Source: Marichromatium bheemlicum (lineage in GTDB: Bacteria; Pseudomonadota; Gammaproteobacteria; Chromatiales; Chromatiaceae). Taken from it: DNA of 32,000 bases. The notes under the pieces are model-generated. The model was not told the origin of the DNA, searched no databases, and was given only the letters and a program-made list of their open reading frames with translations. The DNA lies in NCBI RefSeq assembly GCF_012276755.1, contig NZ_JAAXKX010000007.1, positions 70,317 to 102,316 of the forward strand, given 5' to 3'. The position numbers and the translations under genes were made by a program. Below, one piece after another: positions 11,170 to 18,166 of this stretch (position 1 is its first letter; every line of letters begins with the position of its first letter).

Positions 11170-11774
11170 CAGTTCACCTCCACACGGGTCGTGCGTGGGA
11201 TGGCCGCGACCTGATCCTGGGCCAGCAGCACCAGGTCGAGACCGAGTGGGAAGGGGTGGGGCCGTTCGACCAGATAGCGCGTCAGCCGGGTGTCGAGCCC
11301 GGTCACGCCCAACTGGCGCGATGTGGCGATGCCCGGCCCGGACAGGCGCAGCGCGGTGGCCTGCTCGGTGGCGGTGGTGGCCAGCGCCTCGACCTGGACG
11401 AGCAGGGTGCAGCTGCGATCGGGGTACTCGGCGGTGCCGGCACGCAGCGTCATCAGCTCGGGGAGTTCGCCGGCACGGGCAAGCACGAAGTCGGCCGCAG
11501 CGGGGTCGACGACGATCCGGCAACCGCTGTGGAAGCCGAGGTTGGCGCGGACCGTCTCGGTGTCGAGCGCACCGCCGAGCCATAGGGTCGTGGTGGCGTC
11601 GAGCAGTGTCTGGCAGGCGCTGAAGGTCGCAGGGGTGAGCGTGTCGAGCGCGGTGGCGGCGGCCAATGGCCGGATCACGCCCGGCTCACTCATCACCTTG
11701 AGCAGGTGGCGGAAGGCCTGTTGGCTGTCCTCGACCGGGTTGGCGAAGCCGGCCTGCAGCTGTGGTTGCGACAT
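11169..11774 (-). CDS. phnH: RPnTP synthase subunit PhnH
   Basis: 201-aa product in the PhnH position. The N-terminus FANPVEDSQQAFRHLLKVMSEPG resembles the PhnH family. The start lies 3 nt after the phnG stop. Confidence 0.85.
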   Translation of the reverse strand: MSQPQLQAGFANPVEDSQQAFRHLLKVMSEPGVIRPLAAATALDTLTPATFSACQTLLDATTTLWLGGALDTETVRANLGFHSGCRIVVDPAAADFVLARAGELPELMTLRAGTAEYPDRSCTLLVQVEALATTATEQATALRLSGPGIATSRQLGVTGLDTRLTRYLVERPHPFPLGLDLVLLAQDQVAAIPRTTRVEVN

Positions 11775-11777
11775 CGG

Positions 11778-12227
11778 TCAATCCTCTCCTCGGACCAGGG
11801 TGAAGAAGTCCACCCGAGTGGTCTCGACGTCGCGCTGCTCGGTGTGACGCGCGCGCTGTCGTTGTCGTTCCAGGGGTTCGATCACCCGCTGGTGCAGGTG
11901 GGCGTCGAACTGCGGGGTCTGCAGCAGGGCGTCGAGCTGTGCGGCGCGCAGTGCATGGGGCTTGCTGCGACCGGCGACCTGGCCGTGACCAGTGGTGCCG
12001 AAGTGCGAGCGCACGACACAGCGCGTCAGGGTCATGTCGCCGAGATTGAAGGCGGCGCCGGTGCCACCGGCGCGTGCGCGAACCTGGACGAGACCGATCT
12101 CGGGGGCACGGATCAGCTCGAACTCGGCATCGGCGATGGCGGGCTCGGAGAGTTGCAGCAGGGTGTCGGTCGGCGCCTGGGCGAGTACCGACATCCAGTG
12201 TCGGCGGCGCGCGATGTCAGGGGTCAT
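11778..12227 (-). CDS. phnG: RPnTP synthase subunit PhnG
   Basis: 149-aa product in the PhnG position (ELIRAPEIGLVQVRARAGGTGAAFNLGDMTLTRC). The ATG at 12227 forms an ATGA overlap with the phnF stop. The ORF extension to 12524 is rejected. Confidence 0.85.
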   Translation of the reverse strand: MTPDIARRRHWMSVLAQAPTDTLLQLSEPAIADAEFELIRAPEIGLVQVRARAGGTGAAFNLGDMTLTRCVVRSHFGTTGHGQVAGRSKPHALRAAQLDALLQTPQFDAHLHQRVIEPLERQRQRARHTEQRDVETTRVDFFTLVRGED

Positions 12228-12922
12228 GGCTTGGGCTCCATGCTGTATTCGAAGAGATCGCTGCGGCTGCGCGAGATCGAGTACTCGCGCAATCGGTCGC
12301 TGTGGCGGCAGTAATTGCGGGTATGGACCTCCATCACTGGGGTGCCGCGACCGATGGCGAGCTGGGCGCGCTCGTCGAGCGTCGGCATGCGCGCGCGCAG
12401 TCGGGTGGTGCCGCGGCGCAGCTCGATGCCGTAATGCTCGCGCAGGAAGGCGTGCAATGAGGGGCCGGTGAAGGCCGCGAGCGCGTCCTCGGGCAGGTCG
12501 AACAGGAAGTGGCGGATCAGACATACCGGCTCACCCTCGATCAGGCGGCGGGTGTGCAGCTCCAGCACTCGGGTACTTGGGCTGAGGTCGAGTCGTCCGG
12601 CCAGCGCCACGGGCAGTTCGGTGGCGCGCCAGCCCTGGATCTCGGTGGCCAGGCCGAGCCCGAGCTGGTCGAGGTTGTGGGAGAAGGCGGCGTGATCGTG
12701 CAGGGCATAGTCGATCGGGGTCTGCACGATGCGGCAGCCAAGACCCTGGTAGCGGCGCACCAAGCCGTCGTGCACCAGCTCGTCGATGGCGCGACGGATG
12801 GTGTGGCGGTTGACCGCGAAGCGCTCGGCGAGCTGGCCCTCGGAGGGCAGCAGCTCACCGGCGCGGTAGTGGCCGCGGATCTCGTCGTGCAACTGGGCTG
12901 CGATGTCGCGGTATCGGCTCAT
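12224..12922 (-). CDS. phnF: GntR/HutC-family phosphonate regulon repressor PhnF
   Basis: Winged-helix LPSEGQLAERFAVNRHTIRRAIDELVHDGLV plus a UTRA-like C-terminal domain. It sits between phnE and phnG. The ATG at 12922 is preferred over the TTG at 12934. Confidence 0.88.
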   Translation of the reverse strand: MSRYRDIAAQLHDEIRGHYRAGELLPSEGQLAERFAVNRHTIRRAIDELVHDGLVRRYQGLGCRIVQTPIDYALHDHAAFSHNLDQLGLGLATEIQGWRATELPVALAGRLDLSPSTRVLELHTRRLIEGEPVCLIRHFLFDLPEDALAAFTGPSLHAFLREHYGIELRRGTTRLRARMPTLDERAQLAIGRGTPVMEVHTRNYCRHSDRLREYSISRSRSDLFEYSMEPKP

Positions 12923-12934
12923 TTGTCTATACAA
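12923..12934 (-). promoter_or_regulatory. Candidate PhnF (HutC-type) operator, TTGTATAGACAA on minus strand, abutting the phnF ATG
   Basis: It contains the GT-N-TA-N-AC core expected for HutC-subfamily GntR regulators. It shares the 11-mer TGT(A/C)TAGACAA with the phnC promoter palindrome at 15711-15720. Confidence 0.5.
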
Positions 12935-12944
12935 GTTGCGGGTG

Positions 12945-13739
12945 TCAGATGAAGGCCTTGCGCAGCTGCTGCGAGAGCAGGTCGGTGAGGGTCACGCAGG
13001 CGATGATCACCAGCATCACCGCGCAGGTCTGCTGGAACTGGAAGCCGCGGATGCTCTCCCACAGGATCACGCCGATGCCGCCGGCGCCGACCATGCCGAC
13101 CACCGTGGCCGAGCGCACGTTGGACTCGAAACGATAGAGCGAGTAGGAGATCCACAGCGGCAGTACCTGGGGGATGACGCCATAGACGATCTCCTCGAGC
13201 GGGTTGGCGCCGGTGGCGCGCACCCCCTCGACCGGGCGTGGGTCGATCGCCTCGACGGCCTCGGAGAAGAGCTTGGCGAGTACCCCGGTGGTATGGACGA
13301 ACAGCGCCAGCACGCCGGCGAAGGGTCCCAACCCCACCGCGACGACGAACAGCATCGCGAACACCATCTCGTTGATCGCGCGGGTGGCGTCCATCAATCG
13401 GCGCACCGGCTGGTGGACCCAGACCGGGGTCAGGTTCTCGGCGCTGAGCAGCCCGAAGGGGATCGAGAGCAGGATCGAGAGCACCGTGCCCCAGAGGGCG
13501 ATGTGCAGCGTCACCAGCATCTCCTCGAGGTAGTAGCCGATGTCGCTGAAGTCTGGCGGGAAGAAGTCGGCGGCGAACTCGAGCATGCTGCCGCCCTCGC
13601 GGATCAGTAGCAGCGGGTCGATCTCCGCGCCCTCCCAACCCCACCCCAGCAGCAGGAAGAGGACGGCCCAGCCGAGTGCTGCCAGCCAGTTGAACGGCTT
13701 GCGCGCAACGGGCGTGTTGGTTGCTGTCGATTGGATCAT
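12945..13739 (-). CDS. phnE: Phosphonate ABC transporter permease PhnE
   Basis: Multi-span membrane protein with an ABC permease EAA-type loop ([33 protein letters not shown]). The ATG at 13739 gives MIQSTATN. The ORF extension to 14027 is rejected. Confidence 0.9.
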   Translation of the reverse strand: MIQSTATNTPVARKPFNWLAALGWAVLFLLLGWGWEGAEIDPLLLIREGGSMLEFAADFFPPDFSDIGYYLEEMLVTLHIALWGTVLSILLSIPFGLLSAENLTPVWVHQPVRRLMDATRAINEMVFAMLFVVAVGLGPFAGVLALFVHTTGVLAKLFSEAVEAIDPRPVEGVRATGANPLEEIVYGVIPQVLPLWISYSLYRFESNVRSATVVGMVGAGGIGVILWESIRGFQFQQTCAVMLVIIACVTLTDLLSQQLRKAFI

Positions 13740-13794
13740 GGTGCGCTCTTGATGACGGAAGGGAGGCGGGCGACCCGTGGCCGCCGCGCCGGTT

Positions 13795-14799
13795 TCAGTG
13801 GGGGGCCGCCTCGAGCGCCTCGATGCGCTGCTCGAGTGCGGCGAGCCGGGCATCGAGCGCGCGGCGGCGCTCGGCCTTGGCGGCCGCGGAGAGTCGGGTG
13901 TCGGCCTCGAGTCGGAGACGCTCCGCAAACAGCGTGAGCTGGCGTATCGGCAACAACTGCGCGTTGCTGGAGGGACGGAAGGGTGCCCACTGCAGGTCGG
14001 TGAGCACCGCCTGTTCGTGCGGGTCACCGGTGGTGCCGTAGGTCATGAAGAACGCACGGATCCGTTGCTTGGCCGACTCGGGCAGGTTCTTGCGCCAGAC
14101 GATCGGGTCGGCCGGGATCAGCGGCGAGCGCCAGATCACCTTCACCTGGTCGTACTTGTCCGGAAAGGTCTCGCGGATCCGGGCGATGGTCTCGGTGTTG
14201 TTGGTGGCGACATCGAGCTGACCATTGGCGACGGCGAGGAAGTTGGCCTCGTGGCTGGCGTTGGTCATACGCTTGAAGACCTGCTTCGCGTCGACACCGT
14301 TGCGGGCGAAGACGTAGTAGCTCGGCACCAGATAACCGGAGGTGGAGTTGGGGTCGCCATTGCCGAAGCTCAGGGTCTCGGCATGGGCGAGCACGTCCTC
14401 GACTGAGTTGAGCCGGTCGTCGTCGGCCGCGGCGATCAGTACGCTCCAGTACCCGGGGTTGCCTGAGGCATCGACGGTCTGGGCGAAGACCTCGCCGCCG
14501 GCGCGGTCGACCGCCTCCATCGCCGCCTTGTTGCCGTACCAGGCGACATCGACTTTGTCGAAGCGCATCGCCTGGACGATGCCGGCGTAATCGGAGGCGA
14601 AGAAGGGTTCGACCTCGATGCCGAGCTGCGCGGACATGTCGGTGAGGAAGGGCTCCCAGACGGTCTTGAGGTTCTGTGACGACTCGGTGGAGATGATGCC
14701 GAAGCTGAGGGTCTCCAGCGGCTCGGCCTGACTGGCCGGGGCGCCGAGCAGCAGGGTGCCGAGGGCCAGCCCCGCGGTCAGTGATGACAGGGTGTTCAT
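13795..14799 (-). CDS. phnD: Phosphonate ABC transporter periplasmic binding protein PhnD
   Basis: Signal peptide [25 protein letters not shown], then PhnD-like SFGIISTES...[14 protein letters not shown]...YWSVLI. The C-terminus is a coiled tail. ATG at 14799. Confidence 0.9.
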   Translation of the reverse strand: MNTLSSLTAGLALGTLLLGAPASQAEPLETLSFGIISTESSQNLKTVWEPFLTDMSAQLGIEVEPFFASDYAGIVQAMRFDKVDVAWYGNKAAMEAVDRAGGEVFAQTVDASGNPGYWSVLIAAADDDRLNSVEDVLAHAETLSFGNGDPNSTSGYLVPSYYVFARNGVDAKQVFKRMTNASHEANFLAVANGQLDVATNNTETIARIRETFPDKYDQVKVIWRSPLIPADPIVWRKNLPESAKQRIRAFFMTYGTTGDPHEQAVLTDLQWAPFRPSSNAQLLPIRQLTLFAERLRLEADTRLSAAAKAERRRALDARLAALEQRIEALEAAPH

Positions 14800-14821
14800 G
14801 GGCGTTGGGTCCGTGTGCGCG

Positions 14822-15649
14822 TCAAACCGGGTTGAGCTCGAGGCCACTGGCCTGACGGGGGCGTGAGGGGATCAATGGTCGCTCGGCGGTCTCGTGGGCG
14901 GTGCCGTAGAGGGTGGCGAGGGTGGTGTCGTCGAGGGCGCTGATGGGACCGTTGAAGAAGACCTCGCCATCACGCAGGGCGATGGCGCGTCGACAGTACT
15001 GGCGGGCGTAGTCGACCTGGTGCAGGGTGACGATGACGGTGATGCCGCGCTCGCGGTTGATCCGCTGCAAGGTCTCCATCACCAGCCGCGAGGACTCGGG
15101 ATCGAGTGAGGCGATGGGCTCATCGGCGAGGATGACCTCGGCCTGCTGCATCAACGCCCGGGCGATGGCGACACGCTGTTGCTGGCCACCGGAGAGCGTC
15201 GAGGCGCGTTTCATGGCGTGCTCGCGCAACCCGACCAGTTCCAGCGCCTCGAGCGCCAGACGGCGCTCGGCATCGGTGAACCAGCCCGGCAGGCTGCGCC
15301 ACACTGGCACGCGACCGAGTGCCCCGATCAGCACATTGGTCTGGACGCTGAGCCGGTTGATTAGGTTGAACTGCTGGAAGACGTGGCCGATGCGGGCGCG
15401 GGTGCGACGGATGTCGCTGGCGGCACGGCCGTGTTGCTGCACCTTGCGCCCCAGGACCTCGACCAGCGAGGCAGGGCCGCGGTCGGCCAGGGTCAGCCCC
15501 GAGAGGTGACGCATCAGCGTCGATTTACCGGAACCGGACGAGCCGATCAGGGCCAACATCTCACCCTGCTCGACCTCGACGGAGATACCCTTGAGCACCG
15601 GCGCCCCGGTGAAGCTCTTCTGCAGTGCGTTGACCTTGATGGCTGACAT
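14822..15649 (-). CDS. phnC: Phosphonate ABC transporter ATP-binding protein PhnC
   Basis: [12 protein letters not shown] Walker A, LSGGQQQRVAIA signature and ILADEPIASLD Walker B. The ATG at 15649 is preceded by AGGACAGGA. It is the first gene of the operon. Confidence 0.92.
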   Translation of the reverse strand: MSAIKVNALQKSFTGAPVLKGISVEVEQGEMLALIGSSGSGKSTLMRHLSGLTLADRGPASLVEVLGRKVQQHGRAASDIRRTRARIGHVFQQFNLINRLSVQTNVLIGALGRVPVWRSLPGWFTDAERRLALEALELVGLREHAMKRASTLSGGQQQRVAIARALMQQAEVILADEPIASLDPESSRLVMETLQRINRERGITVIVTLHQVDYARQYCRRAIALRDGEVFFNGPISALDDTTLATLYGTAHETAERPLIPSRPRQASGLELNPV

Positions 15650-15708
15650 GCGACAGTCCTGTCCTGGTGTGACCTGCCGCAAGCTTAGGGAGACGGGGTT
15701 ACATCAGG

Positions 15709-15722
15709 GTTGTCTAGACATG
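15709..15722 (-). promoter_or_regulatory. Candidate PhnF operator: perfect 10-bp palindrome TGTCTAGACA (15711-15720) in the phnC promoter
   Basis: Perfect palindrome with a GT-N-TA-N-AC core, about 60-70 nt upstream of the phnC ATG. It matches 11 of 14 positions with the phnE/phnF junction site. Confidence 0.55.
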
Positions 15723-15748
15723 TCGGTTCATTGAAGGTTTGTTGACGG
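15720..15748 (-). promoter_or_regulatory. Pho-box-like element: three 7-bp direct repeats at 11-bp spacing (CCGTCAA-CAAA-CCTTCAA-TGAA-CCGACAT, minus strand)
   Basis: The repeats match the CTGTCAT PhoB half-site at 5/7, 4/7 and 5/7 positions, with A-rich 4-bp spacers. The position upstream of phnC matches the known PhoB dependence of the E. coli phn promoter. Confidence 0.45.
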
Positions 15749-15761
15749 TCGTGTTGCTAGA

Positions 15762-15838
15762 TTTTAGCCAACAGCCGCCAGCCGCTAGCTTTCAGTCGCC
15801 AGTTGCCAGCTTTTAGCCATCGGCCGTCGACCGTCAGC
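15762..15838. repeat. Degenerate heptad array, 11 units, consensus NNNCAGC
   Basis: Read in a 7-nt register the units are: ttttagc caacagc cgccagc cgctagc tttcagt cgccagt tgccagc ttttagc catcggc cgtcgac cgtcagc. The units are reverse-complement types of the downstream perfect repeats. cgccagt is the exact reverse complement of ACTGGCG, and caacagc matches the reverse complement of GCTGTTA at 6/7. Confidence 0.7.
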
Positions 15839-15956
15839 GACCTGTGGGGGGCGGTACTCGACGGCCCCGTATCGCTCATTCGGTTCTGGGGGCTCGTCAT
15901 CGGTGGCCGAGGGCGCGGACCTGTGCCATCGATGACCTGTTGGCTGTCTACTGGGG

Positions 15957-16033
15957 GCTGTTAGCTGTTAGCTGTTAGCTGTTAGCTGTTAGCTGTTAGC
16001 TGTTAGCTGTTAGCTGTTAGCTGTTAGCTGTTA
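15957..16033. repeat. Perfect tandem heptanucleotide repeat (GCTGTTA)x11
   Basis: Counted directly: 11 identical units covering 77 bp. Three degenerate in-register units precede it (cctgttg gctgtct actgggg, 15936-15956). Confidence 0.98.
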
Positions 16034-16034
16034 G

Positions 16035-16087
16035 CTGGCGACTGGCGACTGGCGACTGGCGACTGGCGACTGGCGACTGGCGACTGG
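16035..16087. repeat. Perfect tandem heptanucleotide repeat (CTGGCGA)x7 plus partial CTGG
   Basis: Counted directly. It abuts the previous array in the same 7-nt register (phased as GCTGGCG + ACTGGCG x6 + ACTGGGA). It ends 24 nt from the yicC stop codon. Confidence 0.98.
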
Positions 16088-16111
16088 GAGGAGAGCAACG
16101 CCCTCGGTCGC

Positions 16112-16978
16112 TCACTCGATGTTCTGGATCTGCTCGCGCATCTGCTCGATCAGCACCTTCATGTCGACCACGGTGCGGGTGATGGTGACGTCGGAGGACT
16201 TGGAGCCGATGGTGTTGGTCTCGCGGTTGAGCTCCTGCATCAGGAAGTCGAGGCGTCGGCCGATCGGTTCGTCGCGTTCGAGCACGCTGCGCACCTCGGC
16301 GATGTGGGCGGTGAGACGATCCATCTCCTCGTCGACGTCGAGTTTGGTGGCGACGAGCACGATCTCCTGTTCGAGCCTGCCCTCGTCGAGCTCCTCGCGC
16401 AGCTCGGTGAGGCGTTCGGTGAGGCGGGCGCGGGTCTCGGCGATGACCTCGGGCATGCGCTCGCGCACCTGCTCGACACAGACCTCAAGCCGGTCGCAGC
16501 GCTCGCGGATCAGCTGTGCCAGGCGCGCGCCCTCGCGCTCGCGGGTGGTGACCAGGCTGTCGAGGGCCTGATCGAGCAGCGCCATCGCGGCGGCGCCGAC
16601 CTGATCGAGGTCGCGCTCCTGTTCATGGATCACGCCGGGCCAGCGCAGCAGTTCGAAGGGGGTGGGACGGGTATCGCGGCCACTGAGCGCGGCCAGGGCG
16701 TCGCCGGCGGCGAGCAACTGCTCGACCAGTGGGCGGTTGAGTTCGAGTGCGACCGGCGTGCCGGCGCCGGGGTTGAAGCGCAGCGCGCAGTCGACCTTGC
16801 CGCGGTGCAACCGTTCGCCGAGTCGTGCGCGGATGCGGGTGTCGAGGCCGCGCAGCTCCTCGGGCAGGCGCAGTAGCGGCTCGAGATAGCGGTGGTTGAC
16901 GGTCTTGAGCTCCCAGGTGAGTTCGCCCAGTGCGCTCTGGCTGGATTCTCGGGCGAAGGCGGTCATGCTCTTGATCAT
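16112..16978 (-). CDS. yicC: YicC-family stress-induced protein / endoribonuclease
   Basis: MIKSMTAFARES...WELKTVNHRYLE N-terminus and the conserved C-terminal FLMQELNRETNTIGSKS motif. The product is 288 aa. Confidence 0.92.
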   Translation of the reverse strand: MIKSMTAFARESSQSALGELTWELKTVNHRYLEPLLRLPEELRGLDTRIRARLGERLHRGKVDCALRFNPGAGTPVALELNRPLVEQLLAAGDALAALSGRDTRPTPFELLRWPGVIHEQERDLDQVGAAAMALLDQALDSLVTTREREGARLAQLIRERCDRLEVCVEQVRERMPEVIAETRARLTERLTELREELDEGRLEQEIVLVATKLDVDEEMDRLTAHIAEVRSVLERDEPIGRRLDFLMQELNRETNTIGSKSSDVTITRTVVDMKVLIEQMREQIQNIE

Positions 16979-17171
16979 GTGGATGGGGCTCTCGATGTGG
17001 CTGGGCTGCTCGATGGCGCTCAGTATAAGACGCGTGTCAGGGGCTTTCGAGTCGCGTCCGGTCGAGTGCCGCTGGTGCGTATACTTGTCCCAGGTGCGTC
17101 CCCTTCGGAAGATACGATGAGGGGGCCGGCATGGTGCATGCGAATTTCAGTTGAGTGGCAGATACGCAGCA

Positions 17172-18110
17172 ATGGCCTTGGCGCGAAAAAGCCTTTCCTC
17201 GGGCACCCTGGTGGGTGCCTATCAGCTCGCCGAGGTCATCGGCAAGGGTGGTTTCAGCCTGATCTATCTGGCGCACGACCTCGACAGCGGTGCCGAGGTG
17301 GTGATCAAGGAATACATGCCGAAGAAGCTCGCCCGGCGTCAGCGCGACGGCCGGGTGGTGCCGATGGCCGCCGAGCAGGCGCTGGCGCTGCACCACGGTC
17401 GGCGGCTGTTCTTCCAGGAGGTGCAGGCGTTGGCCTCGCTGCAGCACCCGAGCATCGTCCGGGTGCTCGATTTCTTTCTCGCCAACGACACCGGTTATCT
17501 GGTCATGCCCAACGAGCGCGGGCGCAACCTCTCGGCCTATCTGCAGCAGCGCCGCGGCGGCCTCAGCACCACCTTTCTGCTGGATGTCTTCGTGCCGGTG
17601 CTCGATGCCCTGGCGCTGATGCATGCACACGCGATGGTCCATCTCGACGTCAAGCCCGGTAACATCCATCTGCGTCACGGCAACCAACCGTTGCTGCTCG
17701 ATCTCGGCGCGGTGCACCCGCTCAACCGTGAGCGCGCCCGTGGCAGCCAGGTGGTCACCGCCGGTTATTCGCCGGTCGAGCAGTACTTCAGTCGCGCCGA
17801 ACTCGGTCCCTGGACCGATGTCTATGCCGTCGGCGCCACCATTCGCGCGTGCATGGAGCGCACCACCCCGCCGCCAGCGCTCGAGCGCAACAAGCAAGAT
17901 ACCCTGGTGCCGGCCTGCGAGGCGCTCGCCGGGCGCTATCCGCGTTTTTTGCTCGAGGCGGTCGATTGGGCGATGCAGATGGAGGCGGCGCGCCGCCCGC
18001 ACGATGCCAGCGCGCTACTGGCGTGGCTGCGCCCGCAGCTCGAACGTCATCGGGCGGAGCTGGCCGAGGCCGGTGGCGATAGCCGTCTGGTCAGTGCGGA
18101 GGCGCATTGA
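17172..18110 (+). CDS. Stand-alone Hanks-type serine/threonine protein kinase (non-RD, no sensor or TM domain)
   Basis: Gly loop [13 protein letters not shown]-like VVIKEY, alphaC Glu in FFQEVQAL, catalytic loop [12 protein letters not shown] in place of DFG, and SPVEQ in place of APE. The ATG at 17172 is preferred to the TTG at 17151. Confidence 0.85.
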   Translation: MALARKSLSSGTLVGAYQLAEVIGKGGFSLIYLAHDLDSGAEVVIKEYMPKKLARRQRDGRVVPMAAEQALALHHGRRLFFQEVQALASLQHPSIVRVLDFFLANDTGYLVMPNERGRNLSAYLQQRRGGLSTTFLLDVFVPVLDALALMHAHAMVHLDVKPGNIHLRHGNQPLLLDLGAVHPLNRERARGSQVVTAGYSPVEQYFSRAELGPWTDVYAVGATIRACMERTTPPPALERNKQDTLVPACEALAGRYPRFLLEAVDWAMQMEAARRPHDASALLAWLRPQLERHRAELAEAGGDSRLVSAEAH

Positions 18111-18166
18111 CGCCCCTGGGGGTGGCGGTCGAAGATGACCGGCCCATCAATAGAGAGCCAGACCCC

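Noticed and set aside
13741-13794. GC-rich inverted repeat (GGCGG...CCGCC) in the phnD-phnE spacer, considered as an mRNA stabiliser giving differential binding-protein expression.
   Set aside because: The stem is short and interrupted, and I cannot evaluate its stability by eye. It is plausible but unsupported.
15936-16090. Whether the tandem repeats are a CRISPR array or coding repeats.
   Set aside because: The units are 7 bp with no spacers, so this is not a CRISPR array. Every reading frame of (GCTGTTA)n and its complement meets TAG or TAA within 21 nt, so it is not coding. It is kept as a finding only as a non-coding microsatellite structure.
5158-16111. Treating the phn region as a mobile element or genomic island with defined ends.
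   Set aside because: No integrase, transposase or recombinase is present. There are no flanking direct repeats, no tRNA target and no terminal inverted repeats. Only synteny-based inference supports insertion, so it is reported as a finding and not annotated as a mobile element.
17073-17089. Sigma-54-like sequence TGGTGCG-TATA-CTTGTC upstream of the kinase gene, considered because a sigma-54 activator is in the window.
   Set aside because: The -24 element has two mismatches to TGGCAC. The TTG(C) element is displaced by 1 nt from the strict GG-N10-GC spacing, giving TG instead of GC at -12.
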